From: the human T2T-CHM13v2.0 reference genome, Homo sapiens
Direction: 5' to 3' (one strand)
Assembly: GCF_009914755.1 (NCBI RefSeq)
Contig: NC_060940.1
DNA: 64,000 nt
Shown: in pieces, positions 45,179-60,895 of the stretch
How the letters are laid out: each line of letters opens with the position of its first letter
Numbering within the stretch: position 1 is the stretch's first letter
Made by a program: the position numbers and the translations under genes
Notes under the pieces: model-generated
Database searches by the model: none
Told to the model about the DNA's origin: nothing
What the model saw: the letters and a program-made list of their open reading frames with translations, nothing else

Positions 45179-45897
45179 TTATAATGGTCCAAAATGCTCA
45201 CAAATATCTAGATTAGAGACAAATTTATAATTAATCAATTTTTTTTCTTTTTTTTTCCTTCCTTAAAATCCAGATCCTACGCAAGAAATTTTTTTTTAAA
45301 ACAAGGAGGAAATTATCACACATACTCCTACAAGATGTTACAAACATATCTAACAGACACTAAGTCAAGCAAAAAAAAACCAATCCTTCATTATGTCAAA
45401 CTTCAGAAGTGCCATGAAAACATTAATTATTTTGACCCAATTTTGATATACTTAAATTTAAACACACTTGATACTGAAATCCATATTGATAAAAAATATA
45501 AACTGAGATAAGGCTCTTGACCAAAACAAGTATCTTTCATAGTAAGATGTCTTTAAATTAGCAAGTTCCTTCACATATTTAAACTGTATAGGGTTTTTTT
45601 GTTTGTGTTTTTTGGAAAAAGTGAGTAGTTTGAGTAAAAAGTTGAGTATCAGAGACAGCTCTACTGATGACACTCTAACTCACCCCTAGCTATAATTTCC
45701 ACCCGCCCCCCCCACCCCACCATAACCTTCCACCATTCTCTAGTCAAGGCACTGTTTAATTTTCATCTTCTCTCTACTGCCACCATTATAAGCAGATAAA
45801 CTTTTAACTATTAAATGAATGCCTTTGAGAGCCCCATGATAAAAGACATGTTTTCTTCCTCTTAAGGCCTTAATTGGGAAAACTCAATTCTTCAGAG

Positions 45898-46117
45898 CAG
45901 TAGTTCTTAATGGGGGAATTTTGCCCCCTGAGGGGTATTTGGCAAGGTCTGCAGATATTTTTGGTTGTCACAAATGAGGGGAGAAAAGGGTGCTACCAAC
46001 ATCTAGTGGGTGGAGGCCAGGGATATTGCTAAATATCCTACAAACCACAGGACAGCCCCCCAAAACACAGAATTATCTGACCTCCAACGTCAACTGCGCC
46101 AAGGTTGAGAAACCCTA
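45898..46117 (+). mobile_element. MER20 (hAT-Charlie)
   Basis: cagtagttctt...catctagtgggtggaggccagggat...gttgagaaaccct. Confidence 0.88.
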
Positions 46118-46706
46118 ACTTAGCAGAATATTCAAAAGCTTACTGTGTTCTACTCCAGGGACTCCAAAAATTCCTTAACTTTCCTAATTATTCAACCATC
46201 AAAACCATGACAGTGGTTTCATTTCTGGATCTAGAATTCTGTCTCTATCTTACAGGCAGTGTGTGTGAAACTGATACATTTTCTAGGCTGTGCTATTTGG
46301 TATATTTTGCAAGACAAATGGTTTCACAAGTGTCACGATGGGCTTGACTAGTGAGTTGTTTCACAATTAATAAAGTACTATCTATCTCTTGCCAATGAGA
46401 CAATCTCATCTCAGTGACAAGCCCAGCAAAAGATGATACTAACCCGATAAAAGCCACAGCTTTTGGGAGGAAGTCATTTTAAAGGCTGACAGAAGTGATC
46501 TAGGGACCCCATCTTGGTAGCACTCTTGTGGTTCCCATTTTAAAGGCAGTCCAGTTTAATCACTGTTGTACATCACTCTAAGTGGGCTGCCAAAAAACTT
46601 AATGTAATGTTTTAAATGTCATCAGCAGTAATGTCGTCAGTAGATTAGTGAGTCTAACATGAACTCCACACCAATACTTGGAGGATAGTCTTTTAAAGTA
46701 CTGCTG

Positions 46707-47043
46707 GGCTGGGCATGATGGCTCACACCTGTAATCCCAGCACTTTGGGAGGCTGAGGCAGAACGATCGCTTGAGCCGAGTTCATGCCACCACACTCCAG
46801 CCTGGGTGACAGAGTGAAACCCTATCTCAAAAAAATAAAATAATCCAGCCTGGCCAACATGGTGAAACCCCATCTCTACTGAAAATACAAAAAATTAGCC
46901 AGGTATGATGGTGCATGCCTGTAATCCCAGCTACTTAGGAGGCTGAGGCAGAAGAATCACTTGAACCTGAGAGATGGAGATTGCAGCGAGCCAAGATCAT
47001 GCCACTGCACTCCAGCCTGGGTAACAGAGTGAGACCATCTCTA

Positions 47044-47074
<31 letters not shown>
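46707..47074 (+). mobile_element. Rearranged Alu with (TCAA)n tail
   Basis: TSD agtactgct at 46697-46705 and 47077-47085. Confidence 0.9.
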
Positions 47075-47852
47075 GGAGTACTGCTAAAAGCAGGTCTGTC
47101 TGACTCCTGATTCTTCACCATTTTGCTGTGCCATCCCGAGTGGCTCTGGCTGTAACCCACTGAAGAACCATGTCAAAACCCACTTACCACAACTTTACTG
47201 TTAGAAGGAATCTCAAGGATACCCTGGCCCAGGCCCCTGATGCCCAGGAAGTGAGTAACCCGCCCCAAATCACAAACCCAGTGAGTGTGCCAAAGGGATC
47301 AGGCCCCAGTACCCTGCCTCTTAATATAGCCCTCACCCACCAGCCTGCCCAGGGAAAATGAGAGGCAGGCCTCTGAGGTGCACAGACATCCATCTGCTAT
47401 CTATGTAATTAAGGAATATTTACTCTGATGCATAGCTAAGAACTAAAAGCAGAATAACTAGATATACTGCTGCTTGGGGAATCTCTGCTAATAGTTAACA
47501 CATATGTAGTTTCCAACATGACTGAATAAAGCTATACTGATGTTCTGGTGAAAAAATGTGTATCCAATCTATACAGAATATAAATAGTGCGAACAGTAAA
47601 ATTCAACTAGCCACAATTCTAAACTGTCAGGAAGGTCTGGATATACATGGTTTTTTAATCTCTGTCAGGTATTTATGGTCTTGATTTTGTTGTACCTAAG
47701 TATCATTTTACTTGTACTCAAGTATGATTTTACACTTGCTCCAGTGAATTTTTTGCAGAACTACTTTTATAATTTTTTGAGGCTACATCTTTCAATAATC
47801 CCAATACTGGCCTCACAATAAGCCATTCTTAACATGCATTAAAGATCCTACA

Positions 47853-48140
47853 GGGCTGGGCGTGGCGTCCCACACCTGCAATCCCAGCACTGTGAGGGGA
47901 GGCCAACATGGGAAGATCACTTGAGGCCCAGAGTTCAAGACCAGCCTGGTCAACATGGTGAAACCCTCTTTAGTGAAAAATACAAAAATTAGCTGGGCGT
48001 GGTGGCACTGCCTGTTATTGCAACTACTTGGGTGGCTGAGGCACAAGAAGCACTTGAACCCAGGAAGTGGAGTTTGCAGTGAGCTGAGATTGCACTCCAG
48101 CCTGGGTGTCAGAGCAAGACTCTGTCTCAAAAAAGAAAAT
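47853..48140 (+). mobile_element. Alu
   Basis: Dimer with A tail. Confidence 0.9.
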
Positions 48141-48687
48141 ACCATAAAAATAATTTACCAGGGGTTGAAGTTGGCAGTGGGGAAGCAGGAAAGAAGCTAC
48201 ATCAGGAAAGTTAGAAAACTTTCTGCAATTAAGACCTTCAAATAGTTATATACTTCATAATATGGAAGGGAACATATTTCCAGTTTTCAAAAAAACCAAA
48301 CTACAACTGACAAGAGAAACCAGGTATCTCATAGTACAATGCTATGAGAAGTGTCAAGTAATATTCTTAGAAATTTGCAGTTGCACATAAATTGTAAGTT
48401 AATTCTCATCTACTCTAAGTTAACTGTAAGGCAAGATGAAAATCTGTTGAAAATTCCCTAACGAAAAACAAAGACTTTGCTAGTACTCTATTCTCTTAAA
48501 ACTCTCTTGGACAAACCATCCTTATAATCAGTATCTCAAAAAGCATTTAACTGGGGCTGATCTATCACATGACCTTTTACTTGCTGCAATTCAGGAGGTA
48601 TTTTTTTAAACCCCTTTAAAACAAACAATCCAATACAACCCCGTGAAAGGCCTTGAGTATGGAGGAGGAGATATGAAAGACAAGTAC

Positions 48688-48817
48688 CTCGTAGTTTGAG
48701 AGAAAATCTAGTAATTCTGATTGAGATGGGATGTAGAGAAGTGGTTTCATCACCCGGCGGACAAACTTCTCAATGTAAACAGCACTCATGGGGCCTTTGT
48801 ATTCGATTGGTCCAAAA
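48688..48817 (-). CDS. TXNDC11: TXNDC11 exon 4
   Basis: Acceptor tactag|T, donor GAG|gtactt; 130 nt; [43 protein letters not shown]. Confidence 0.96.
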
Positions 48818-49727
48818 CTAGTACCAAAAAATAAAAATAAAAATAAAAATAATAAAAATAATACACCATGCATTAAGCCTGTAATGTATAACTAAAATCA
48901 TCACCACCACAAAATGAAAGTGTCTTGCTTTGGGATCCAACCAAGTCACAGATCAGTAGCCTGCTTTGCTCAGGAGGTGACCAGAGAATTAAGAACAAGC
49001 ATTTTGGGTGAGGAGAGGCACAAGCAGCCCCTACCCTTCTATGATCTTGAATTCAACTGCAAACTGAATTGCCAAACAAGGAACATTTACTCTTATCTCT
49101 GAAAAAAAAATTAATTCCCACAGTAGTTCTTTTAAAAACAAAACAGAGAGACAACCCTGGAAATTGACCACATGCTAAGGGATTCCAGGATTTAACTATA
49201 CAATTCAACGCAGGCGGGCAGACTTTCCTTCTACTAGTCACTGTGAGGTAAGGGACAGGTTGAACAGTCAGCCCTTGGCCTACTAAAAAGAAACAGGCAG
49301 ACAAAGGATCACTGAATGAACCTTAAACCTATTTGAAGCTTTATTACAACAATAACAAATTATGTGAAGGTCTGAAGTCAGTGACCTGTTTAAATAATCT
49401 TTCTTCCTTTCCCCTCCAGTTGTGCCTGGGGACACATAGAATTGGATTCAGTGCCGCTAAGTGATACCACCACTATTCAGTTATCCTCCTAAGCTAATCA
49501 GAATTCTCACGTGCCTCTCTTCAGTCTCACACAATACAGACACTGCCCAAATATAATTGGATGGTAGGTGGCAAGGGTTGGGGGGTTATGGTGAAATTCA
49601 ACAACTGCATAATCGTTCTTTTCTCTAAACAGAAATTGACATTAAGCTTACTGTTAACAGCAACAAGAGCCCAGTGAAGAATTTTATAAAGGCTGTGATT
49701 ATAATACCATAATACATGGTTACAGAA

Positions 49728-49730
<3 letters not shown>

Positions 49731-49759
<29 letters not shown>
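49731..49759. repeat. (CA)n microsatellite
   Basis: Direct reading. Confidence 0.95.
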
Positions 49760-49762
<3 letters not shown>

Positions 49763-51056
49763 ATGGGATAAACACAATTCTTCCATGTGCACTGCAGAAT
49801 GATGTTAAAGGAATATTAGCATGAAAAAAAGTGAAAAACAGCGTTCTCTACATGTACAGCTGGGACACAGTTAATAATTCTACCAAATCAAGACTTACTA
49901 CAAATTAGTTCCGTTTAAAAATTACCACCACCACCAACCCCATCAACCACCAATAATTTTTAATTTAAAGGAAGAAATCAAAAAAGCATCTAACTTATTT
50001 TGTTCCAGAAAAAGGAGCTACCAATCTGGAAACCTCAACCACTCAGGCCAAGAGGCTTTGATGAGTTTTCCTGTTGTGATGTTACAAGGGTTCTAGTGAC
50101 TTGTAAAAGCTAACAATGCAAAGACAGGGGTGTGGAGGCGGGCATTTCAAGGTGCGTACCACCTCAAATTCCTCATCTGTAAAATAAGAAGGTTGGACAC
50201 ATTTCTAAAGTTCCTTTGAGGTCCCTTCAATCTTTCTGCAAAAGCTAAGCAAGCAAATAGTATATATATGACAATACTGTATACCTGCATATCCCAAAAT
50301 GACACTTGTACTTGATTCCATGGAACTCTTCTGATTTTAATGTCACATCACGTTATGTCCACCTCTGAGCAGTCTGAAAGGACTACACCCCCCCACTAGG
50401 CTTCCATGCCTTTTTTCAAAGCCAAAAAGAAATGCAAGGACCTCAGCAGGGCAAGCTCACCATCCCGTTACAGAGCACAGAGTTAAGTACACCACCTTAC
50501 ACTTACCTTTAAAACAAAAACAGTAACTCTGAGAAAGTATTCCTGTATCCGAAAAAACCTGTACTTGAACCTTCCATGTAAAGGCAGAACCTCCAAGTTA
50601 CTGGCCAAAAAGTGGGGAAGAAATCTGAAAATGGTCTTAGTGGTCCCTAAGCAAAAACTGGCTTCTTACTACAAATATTAAAATACAAACATCTAATATC
50701 CAGAGGAAAATGTGGGGGTAGAGATGGGGTAGAAAAGTGTGTTTTTGCCCAAATACTACCTAATAGTTCCTGGGAGTCAATACTATGTGCCAGACAACAG
50801 TTTATGTTACAGACACGGAAATGGGATGGAATGTGACAGAGAACCCACAAATCACTGTTTGTGCATGTTTGCTATAAATCCCCATTGATTATGGCCCAAG
50901 AACTTTAGAAGGAAAAAGGAAAGCTCTCTACTGATCAAATCTCCTTTACCCATTTTACTTTCAACAAACTTCAAGCCAATCACCCTGAACAAAGTCCAAA
51001 GTCCTATCTCCTATCTCCAAAACTCTTTGAGTCAGATTTTTAGACATTACTTATCA

Positions 51057-51713
<657 letters not shown>

Positions 51714-52024
51714 TTACGATATCTGAAATGCATTGGAGTAATTCGTACTTTTAAAAACAATGCTGTAAAATGTGTAATGACATGAAAAGATGCTCAAAAA
51801 AGTGAGAAAAGCAGTTTAGGAAATAGTATTACTGCCTGATCCCATGTTTAGCTTTAAAAAGGGGGGTGGATTATCCAGATCTTTCTTTTTTAATTTTTGC
51901 TTATCTGTATTATCTGAATTTTCTATAGTGAATATCTAATACTTTAATATAGAAAAAATGCAAAATTCATTTATAAACTGGCAAACTAAACTGGAATGAG
52001 AGACGCTATTTAAAAAGTTCTTAC

Positions 52025-52122
52025 CTCCGATGATACAGATATATTACAGGAAAATAAAAGAAGTGTTTCTGTTTTCTGCATTTCCCCTGGTTCCACCAAC
52101 AGTTAATTGCCACAAACAACAC
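52025..52122 (-). CDS. TXNDC11: TXNDC11 exon 3
   Basis: Acceptor ctctgcag|GTG, donor AG|gtaaga; 98 nt; [32 protein letters not shown]. Confidence 0.96.
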
Positions 52123-52868
52123 CTGCAGAGCCAAAAAAGGTTTTCAAATGACTATGAATAACAACTGAAAAGTTACCAAGATTTAAAAGATGAAATTTAA
52201 AAATGGAATGATTCCTCTCTCACTGAAACAGAAACTATGAAAAAAACTGTTTTGAGTTTTCAAAGGTCATAATTTATCACTAAAACAAAAAAGAAAGACA
52301 TACTCTTATCTATGATGTCCAGGCAGGACTTGGACCGTGTTTACCAATCTTACCATGCAATACAGTTCAAAAGATTTCTGTGTGTTTCCAAAAATAAACC
52401 CACTTTTTTCCCTACTGAGTACATGGAATAGTAAGCTCTCAATTTGGAAGGAGCTGAAATTTTTTTTTTAAAAAAAGCAGCAGTCCCTGGATTGCACTAC
52501 AACCCCCACCACTACGTGATGGTAAACAAACTGCTTCACCCCTTATGCCTGCAGTCCTGCTTCAGAAAAACAGGGCTGACAGCATCGCCTTGCAAAGTGG
52601 TTGAGAATTGGCATGGGGCCTGGCACACCAGAATATCATTATTATTATACTAATGCCATCACTCAGAAGGACATACTGCTTAGGCTGACAGTAAGGTAGC
52701 TAATTCACACTTATTAATAAAACACAATAGATATCCCTCTTGTGCCCAACATGGGCAACGTGAACTTTGTTCTCTAAATTTGGAAGGCTCCACAGTTTCT
52801 AAGAAAAACCAAATGACAGTTCCAAATGAACTTCTGGAACTCAGCTGCCTACACACGTTACTTCACAT

Positions 52869-53574
52869 CAGTGGTTCTGAGCAGGAGAGTCTTAGAAATC
52901 TGTGGGATGCTTTTGGCTTGCTACAATGACTGGGGGAAGCTACAGTGCATACGTAGGGCAGGGGTGTTGGTAGATGTCCTGCTACACTCAAACCTGCTTT
53001 GCACACGGAAGAGTCGTCCATAGCATTCCAGAGGAGTTCAAAACGCCTGCCAAACACTGATGTTGGGGAAAACCTGTTATTATCAAAGCCCAGTACCTAG
53101 CTCCATTTTACATGTGAATCTAAAGCATGCTTTTTGTGTTCACTGAATTTTTCAGGAATGCAACTTCTATGTAAACTGAGAGCAGAAAGGGCTTTGCATA
53201 GTTCAGGATTTTACCAAGACTGTTCACCATTTAGGATAATCAATTACTAAGAGCAATGTCCATGTGGCAGGTAAGTCACCAACATATCACCTTTATCAGT
53301 CTACGTTTGTAACTATCCCATTCAGTGATTCTACATAAAGGTATATGGACCTGTTCTGACTGTGCACTTACATACTAAAATATATATCATTTAGTTACAA
53401 ATTACTTTCTTCCCCCCTCACCTCTATGTTACAATCCGTGCATTAGATTATTTTGAAATTACATGTATAGGAAAACTTTATCATCTATGAATTCCTTTTT
53501 AGGAAGAAAAAGGGACATCATAAAATACTTATTTTCTAAAGCACAACTGGGGTCCACTGGGCTGAAAACCACTG
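52869..53574 (+). mobile_element. MER20B-like hAT element
   Basis: Termini cagtggtt...aaccactg; MER20-like left end. Confidence 0.55.
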
Positions 53575-54059
53575 CCATAACAGGTGACTTATTTGCCTAT
53601 ATATCTTTCTTACCTAGCCCAAAGGTGGCATTCCTTATCTGCTGAATATAGTTCTGGTCCATATATTAAAAAGGTCGGCCTTGTTACAATGCAGTCATAT
53701 CATACATACATTTTCTTACCTAAAATACCTAACTAGCAAGTATCAAATGGATATGCAAGAACTAGGATTTTCAGTCCCTCTACCTTTTTCAATGCTGAAA
53801 CCAAACAGTATGGCACCCCAGGATAAGCATTGGCTTGTGTTATGAGATTCAGAATCTGCTCCCACACTTGCCTTGGAGTACAATCGCCACAATTGGAAAT
53901 CCTTTCTGTTGCTTTATAGAAAGCTCTGTAACTTAGAAACGACTCCTGGAGTTCACCTTGGCAAAGTCTGCCCGTTGGGCAAGGTGTCTCTGTGGGGACA
54001 TCCTGCCCTACATATAGGACTGACAGTCATTTGATTCTTAAGCTGAATGTGAGCATTAC

Positions 54060-54276
54060 CTGATCTGAAAGCCGACTTGCTGCTTGCTCAATTTCTGCCC
54101 TGGCAGCGATGGACTGTCCACACCAAGGGGCATAGAAGAAGAGCAGTACCACCTCTGAATCCCGTCGAACGTACTCTGCATAATCCAGCTGCCCCTGGAA
54201 GAGGTCAAGGACTGGAGACCTCAAGGAGAAAAAGCTGACAGGTGGCTTTGCTGGTATTATCACATCTTTTGCTCGA
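54060..54276 (-). CDS. TXNDC11: TXNDC11 exon 2 (first thioredoxin domain, CXXS motif WCGQS)
   Basis: Acceptor ctcttttttag|T, donor CAG|gtaatg; 217 nt; [12 protein letters not shown]...[10 protein letters not shown]...LSDQ; phase matches exon 1. Confidence 0.97.
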
Positions 54277-55109
54277 CTAAAAAAGAGCAAACACAGAAAA
54301 GATTGCTTAGTTTATCTTCTTCTAAAAATAGCTCTGTGGAAGTAGAATGAAGCTTAAAAGGAAAATCCTCTTTTGAATAAGAAAATGGAGTCCCAAAATC
54401 ACTGCCCTAGAAAGGCAACATCTGGCTGAGCAAATGCAAGACATGAATAATACGTTGGAAACAATTCTCTGAGATTCTGTCCCCTAGGTGTAGGCTGGAA
54501 GGGCAGTGGAGAGCAGAGAAGGATGTCTCTGAATAATCCATATTCCTGCTCCCCACATCCCAAAGACTTCATCCTCCTTTTTCTGCAGCCTGGCTCTCCA
54601 CAAAAGCCACTTATCTCCAGGGCTTTAGAGCCACCAGCATGCAAGCTCAGAATTACGGTGAGGGAGCATGTAAACTACCATTAACAAGATTTCCACGGGA
54701 GATGCTTACAATCAACTCAACTTTGAGAAAACATTAAGCTTATTAGCTGGAGTTGGCTTGTACTTATCCAGGGCATTCAGGTAACAGTAACAATTAAACA
54801 ATAATATACATTCCTCCAGATATATATCATAATCCTAAGACTAATGAAGATAAGTAACAAAGCAACAGCCTATTTAACTGGAAAATGGGCTTTTTGAACA
54901 CTTGAGCTTCCCACAAGAAACAGATCAGGAGGAAAAAGAAAAGAACGCTGAACAAACAAGTGGTCAGAAGTAACTTTCCCCATCAAGACCTAAAGATCTA
55001 GGCCCAGGCTGCATCCCACCAAGTAGAAGGGCCCTAGTAAACACCCTGAGCTGTCCATGCATCTACACTCACATACCACAAACCATTAGGGCAGCTTTGC
55101 TAAGAAACA

Positions 55110-56290
<1,181 letters not shown>

Positions 56291-56778
56291 GGAGCAAGTC
56301 ACCTATTTATTCACTCAAACTAATATTTTAACCTTCAATCAGAGAGCTTTCAGTCTATGCAGAATGCCTTCATAACCTGAAAAAATCACTTACACAATTA
56401 TTCAAAAATTCTTTACTGAGCAGCTGTGACTGTGCTTTGGGCACAAGCACTAAGGCTGCGGCAGCTAGCACTGCGTGTTGTCGAGGAGACCACTTTCTAG
56501 GGGAGGAAGACAGGAAAAACATCAAATGTGTAAACAATAAAAATATACTAAATGCTCACTATGTGAAAAATTTAACAAGGTGATGTACAGAAGGGCATGG
56601 TAGCTCCTCTGATGGAGTGGTGGCTTGGGAGGTGCTATAATTTAAGCTCTGAGACCTGAATGACAAGAAGATAGCCACCTAAGAGGTGGGGAGGGCACTA
56701 CAGGAAAAAAAAAAAAAAGACACGTTTTCAAGAGATCCAAAATTCTGCTCTTTGGAGAAATTACTTTTCTACCATTCA

Positions 56779-58206
<1,428 letters not shown>

Positions 58207-58948
58207 TCCTATTCTCCCTTAAGCCTATCTCCTTATTAAAGCAAAGATCTTAAAACTGAAAGAGGAAAAGCGGGGGTAGAAATGTTAGCCAGTTGCACAG
58301 CAATAAACAGTATCATGACACCATTCAATCAAAGATGACCCTAAAAAAATTAATCCGAGTCTATTAAAAGACTGTCAAATTTGCCAGTGACACAGAAAGA
58401 AGATGAAGCAGCAGCCATTTACTGGTTCATTCTCCTTGCCTGAAGCAAGAAAGGATCTCATTCTGCCTACTCTAGTAACTGGATTTACTCTCTTCCTTCC
58501 TTTTCAATCTCAAAGGACTTCTGTATCAATTAAGCCATGCTGTCTCAGAACAAACATTAACCATTATTTCTAGACTTTAACAAACCGATGTAAATAAACT
58601 TCACCCCTGGAGGGGGAAACCTCTCTTCCTAATTTGAACCTAAATGTCACCTCGCAACACTCTACCTTGTAAAATACTTTGTATACTGTCCTTGTGGGAG
58701 ACAAGAATAAAGTACAAGGTTAAGAATCTAGGAGGTCCTGACAATAAAGGATTCAAATTCCAGCTCAGCCCCTTATCACGTAGGTGTGATTTGGAGCAGG
58801 TTCTGAAACATCACGAAGGCTGGACTCCTTCATCTGTGCACTGGGAAAGATAACAGTATATTCAAACTTTAATGGGGATTGTAAGATTTAAATGACACCC
58901 ATACTAGGCTCTCAATTATGTACTAAATGAATAAATGCTTCATGGAAA

Positions 58949-59159
58949 CAGTGGTTCCCAAGCAGGCAATTTTGCTCCCAGGGGACATCTAACAATGTCT
59001 GAAGCCATTGTAGTTGTTACATCTTGTGGGGTGTGCTACTGGTATCTAGTGGGTAGAGGCCGGGGATGCTGCTAGACATCCTACAGTAGTCAGGGCAGCC
59101 CCCACAACACAGAATTATCTGACCCAAAATATCAACAGTGCCAAGACGGAGAAACCCTG
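58949..59159 (+). mobile_element. MER20 (hAT-Charlie)
   Basis: cagtggttccc...gagaaaccctg; internal match to the copy at 45898. Confidence 0.88.
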
Positions 59160-59789
59160 CTGACAGTACCTGGCCTATGGAAAATGCTCACTGAGAGTTA
59201 TTATAATTTATCTTTCCACTAAAATCCCCGATCTTTTGACACCTCTTTGACAACTGGCCACATATCGTGCTAAATAAACTCAAAAATGTTCCGAGGTGAA
59301 ATCACAGATATCATAGTAGCAATACAGATCTTATAAACTGGAATCCCAAAAGACCCACTGTGGATTTGGGAGACCAGAAGTACACCTGAAATATACAGCA
59401 AATTTTGTATGTGTGTACATTCCTGAAAAGACACACATGAACTTTCATGTTCCTACCCCCTACACCCCAGCCTACTGTCAGGCCTTTTTATCAATTCCAG
59501 GGAAACACCAAGCTTGCCCAGCCTCAGAAACTCTGCATTTGCTGTTCGCTCTACCGTGGACACGCTCCCCCGGGATCTTCCCAGCGCTGGTCCCTTCTCC
59601 TTTTTGTATAAGCTTCAAATGTCACTTCCTTAGGAAGTCTTTCCCCACCGCCATCGTTTCTATGCCCTGCATAGCACTGAAGCTTTAAAAAATTATATTT
59701 ACTTGTTCACTGTCCCATCCACTCAAGGGAGCAAAAAGTTCACCCGGACGAGCGTCCGGCACATAGTAGGTGCAGATAAATAATCGTTA

Positions 59790-60085
<296 letters not shown>

Positions 60086-60519
60086 AATCGTTAGATCAAT
60101 GAGTGCGGGAATTCTAAAAGGGGTCTGGAACTCTCGCAAGGTTGTGGATCACTACACCTGAAGCTTAAGGGGAATGAAATCGGTGAGAAATGAGGGTCCT
60201 ACAGCCCGGGCCGAAGTGACAGGTCCACCCCTAGTGACTCCAACAGGTGAGGAGCACCCCCGACCCGCCTCCCTCGGCACTAAAGCGGGACGATAGGGCG
60301 CAGGGCTCCACCCGGAAGCCTCGCCATAATGTCCGCGGGCGGGCCGGGGCGAGGAGAAGGTGGGAAGCCGTGGCCGCAGGTTCCGGGAGGGGTCAGCCGT
60401 CCTGGGCAAGGTCAGGCCCGACTTCCCCGGCTGAGGCCGCTGCGACCCGGCCCTGCAGGCTCCAGGCGGCAGAGCAAGGGGAGCGCCCTAGCGGGGCCCC
60501 AGGGTCCGGGCCGCCTCAC

Positions 60520-60773
60520 CTGCAGGTGAACTTGAGGGCGAGGAGCAGCGCGCAGCCGAGCGCCACGGCCCCGCAGAGCAGCTCGGGCCGCTGGCGCGCC
60601 ATGAGGAAGGCGCCACGCAGCCCGCGACGGAGCCGGCCCGCCGAGGACGCTGTGGCCAGGGTCGGGCTCGAGCTGAGGCAGTCTGAGCCCGCGGAGCCGC
60701 CGCCGCCCCCTCCCTCGTCCTCGGCGTCCTCGCTGCTGCTGCTGCCGCCGCCGCGGCCTCCGCATTCCGACAT
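60520..60773 (-). CDS. TXNDC11: TXNDC11 coding exon 1 (Gly/Ser-rich N-terminus, Met58, hydrophobic signal-anchor [16 protein letters not shown])
   Basis: ATG at 60773; translates [20 protein letters not shown]...LKFTC; donor AG|gtgagg at 60520/60519; 254 nt; recognised as the TXNDC11 N-terminus. Confidence 0.97.
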
Positions 60774-60778
60774 TACAT
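60773..60778 (-). promoter_or_regulatory. Minimal start-stop uORF (ATG TAA) overlapping the main ATG
   Basis: Minus strand reads ggagcATGTAATGtcg. Confidence 0.75.
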
Positions 60779-60887
60779 GCTCCCAGTCGCCGGCTTTATA
60801 CCGCCGCCGCCGCCTCGGGCCCGAAGGCCCGGCCCGGCCCGTTGCTCCCCAATCCCGCAGCTCGCCGCACCCGCTAACCCGGACGCT

Positions 60888-60895
60888 CCACGTCA
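60888..60895 (-). promoter_or_regulatory. UPRE (XBP1s/ATF6-type) TGACGTGG
   Basis: Exact consensus 115 bp upstream of the ATG of an ERAD gene. Confidence 0.65.

Noticed and set aside
60849-60867. CCAAT as a possible ERSE
   Set aside because: No CCACG at the required 9-bp spacing
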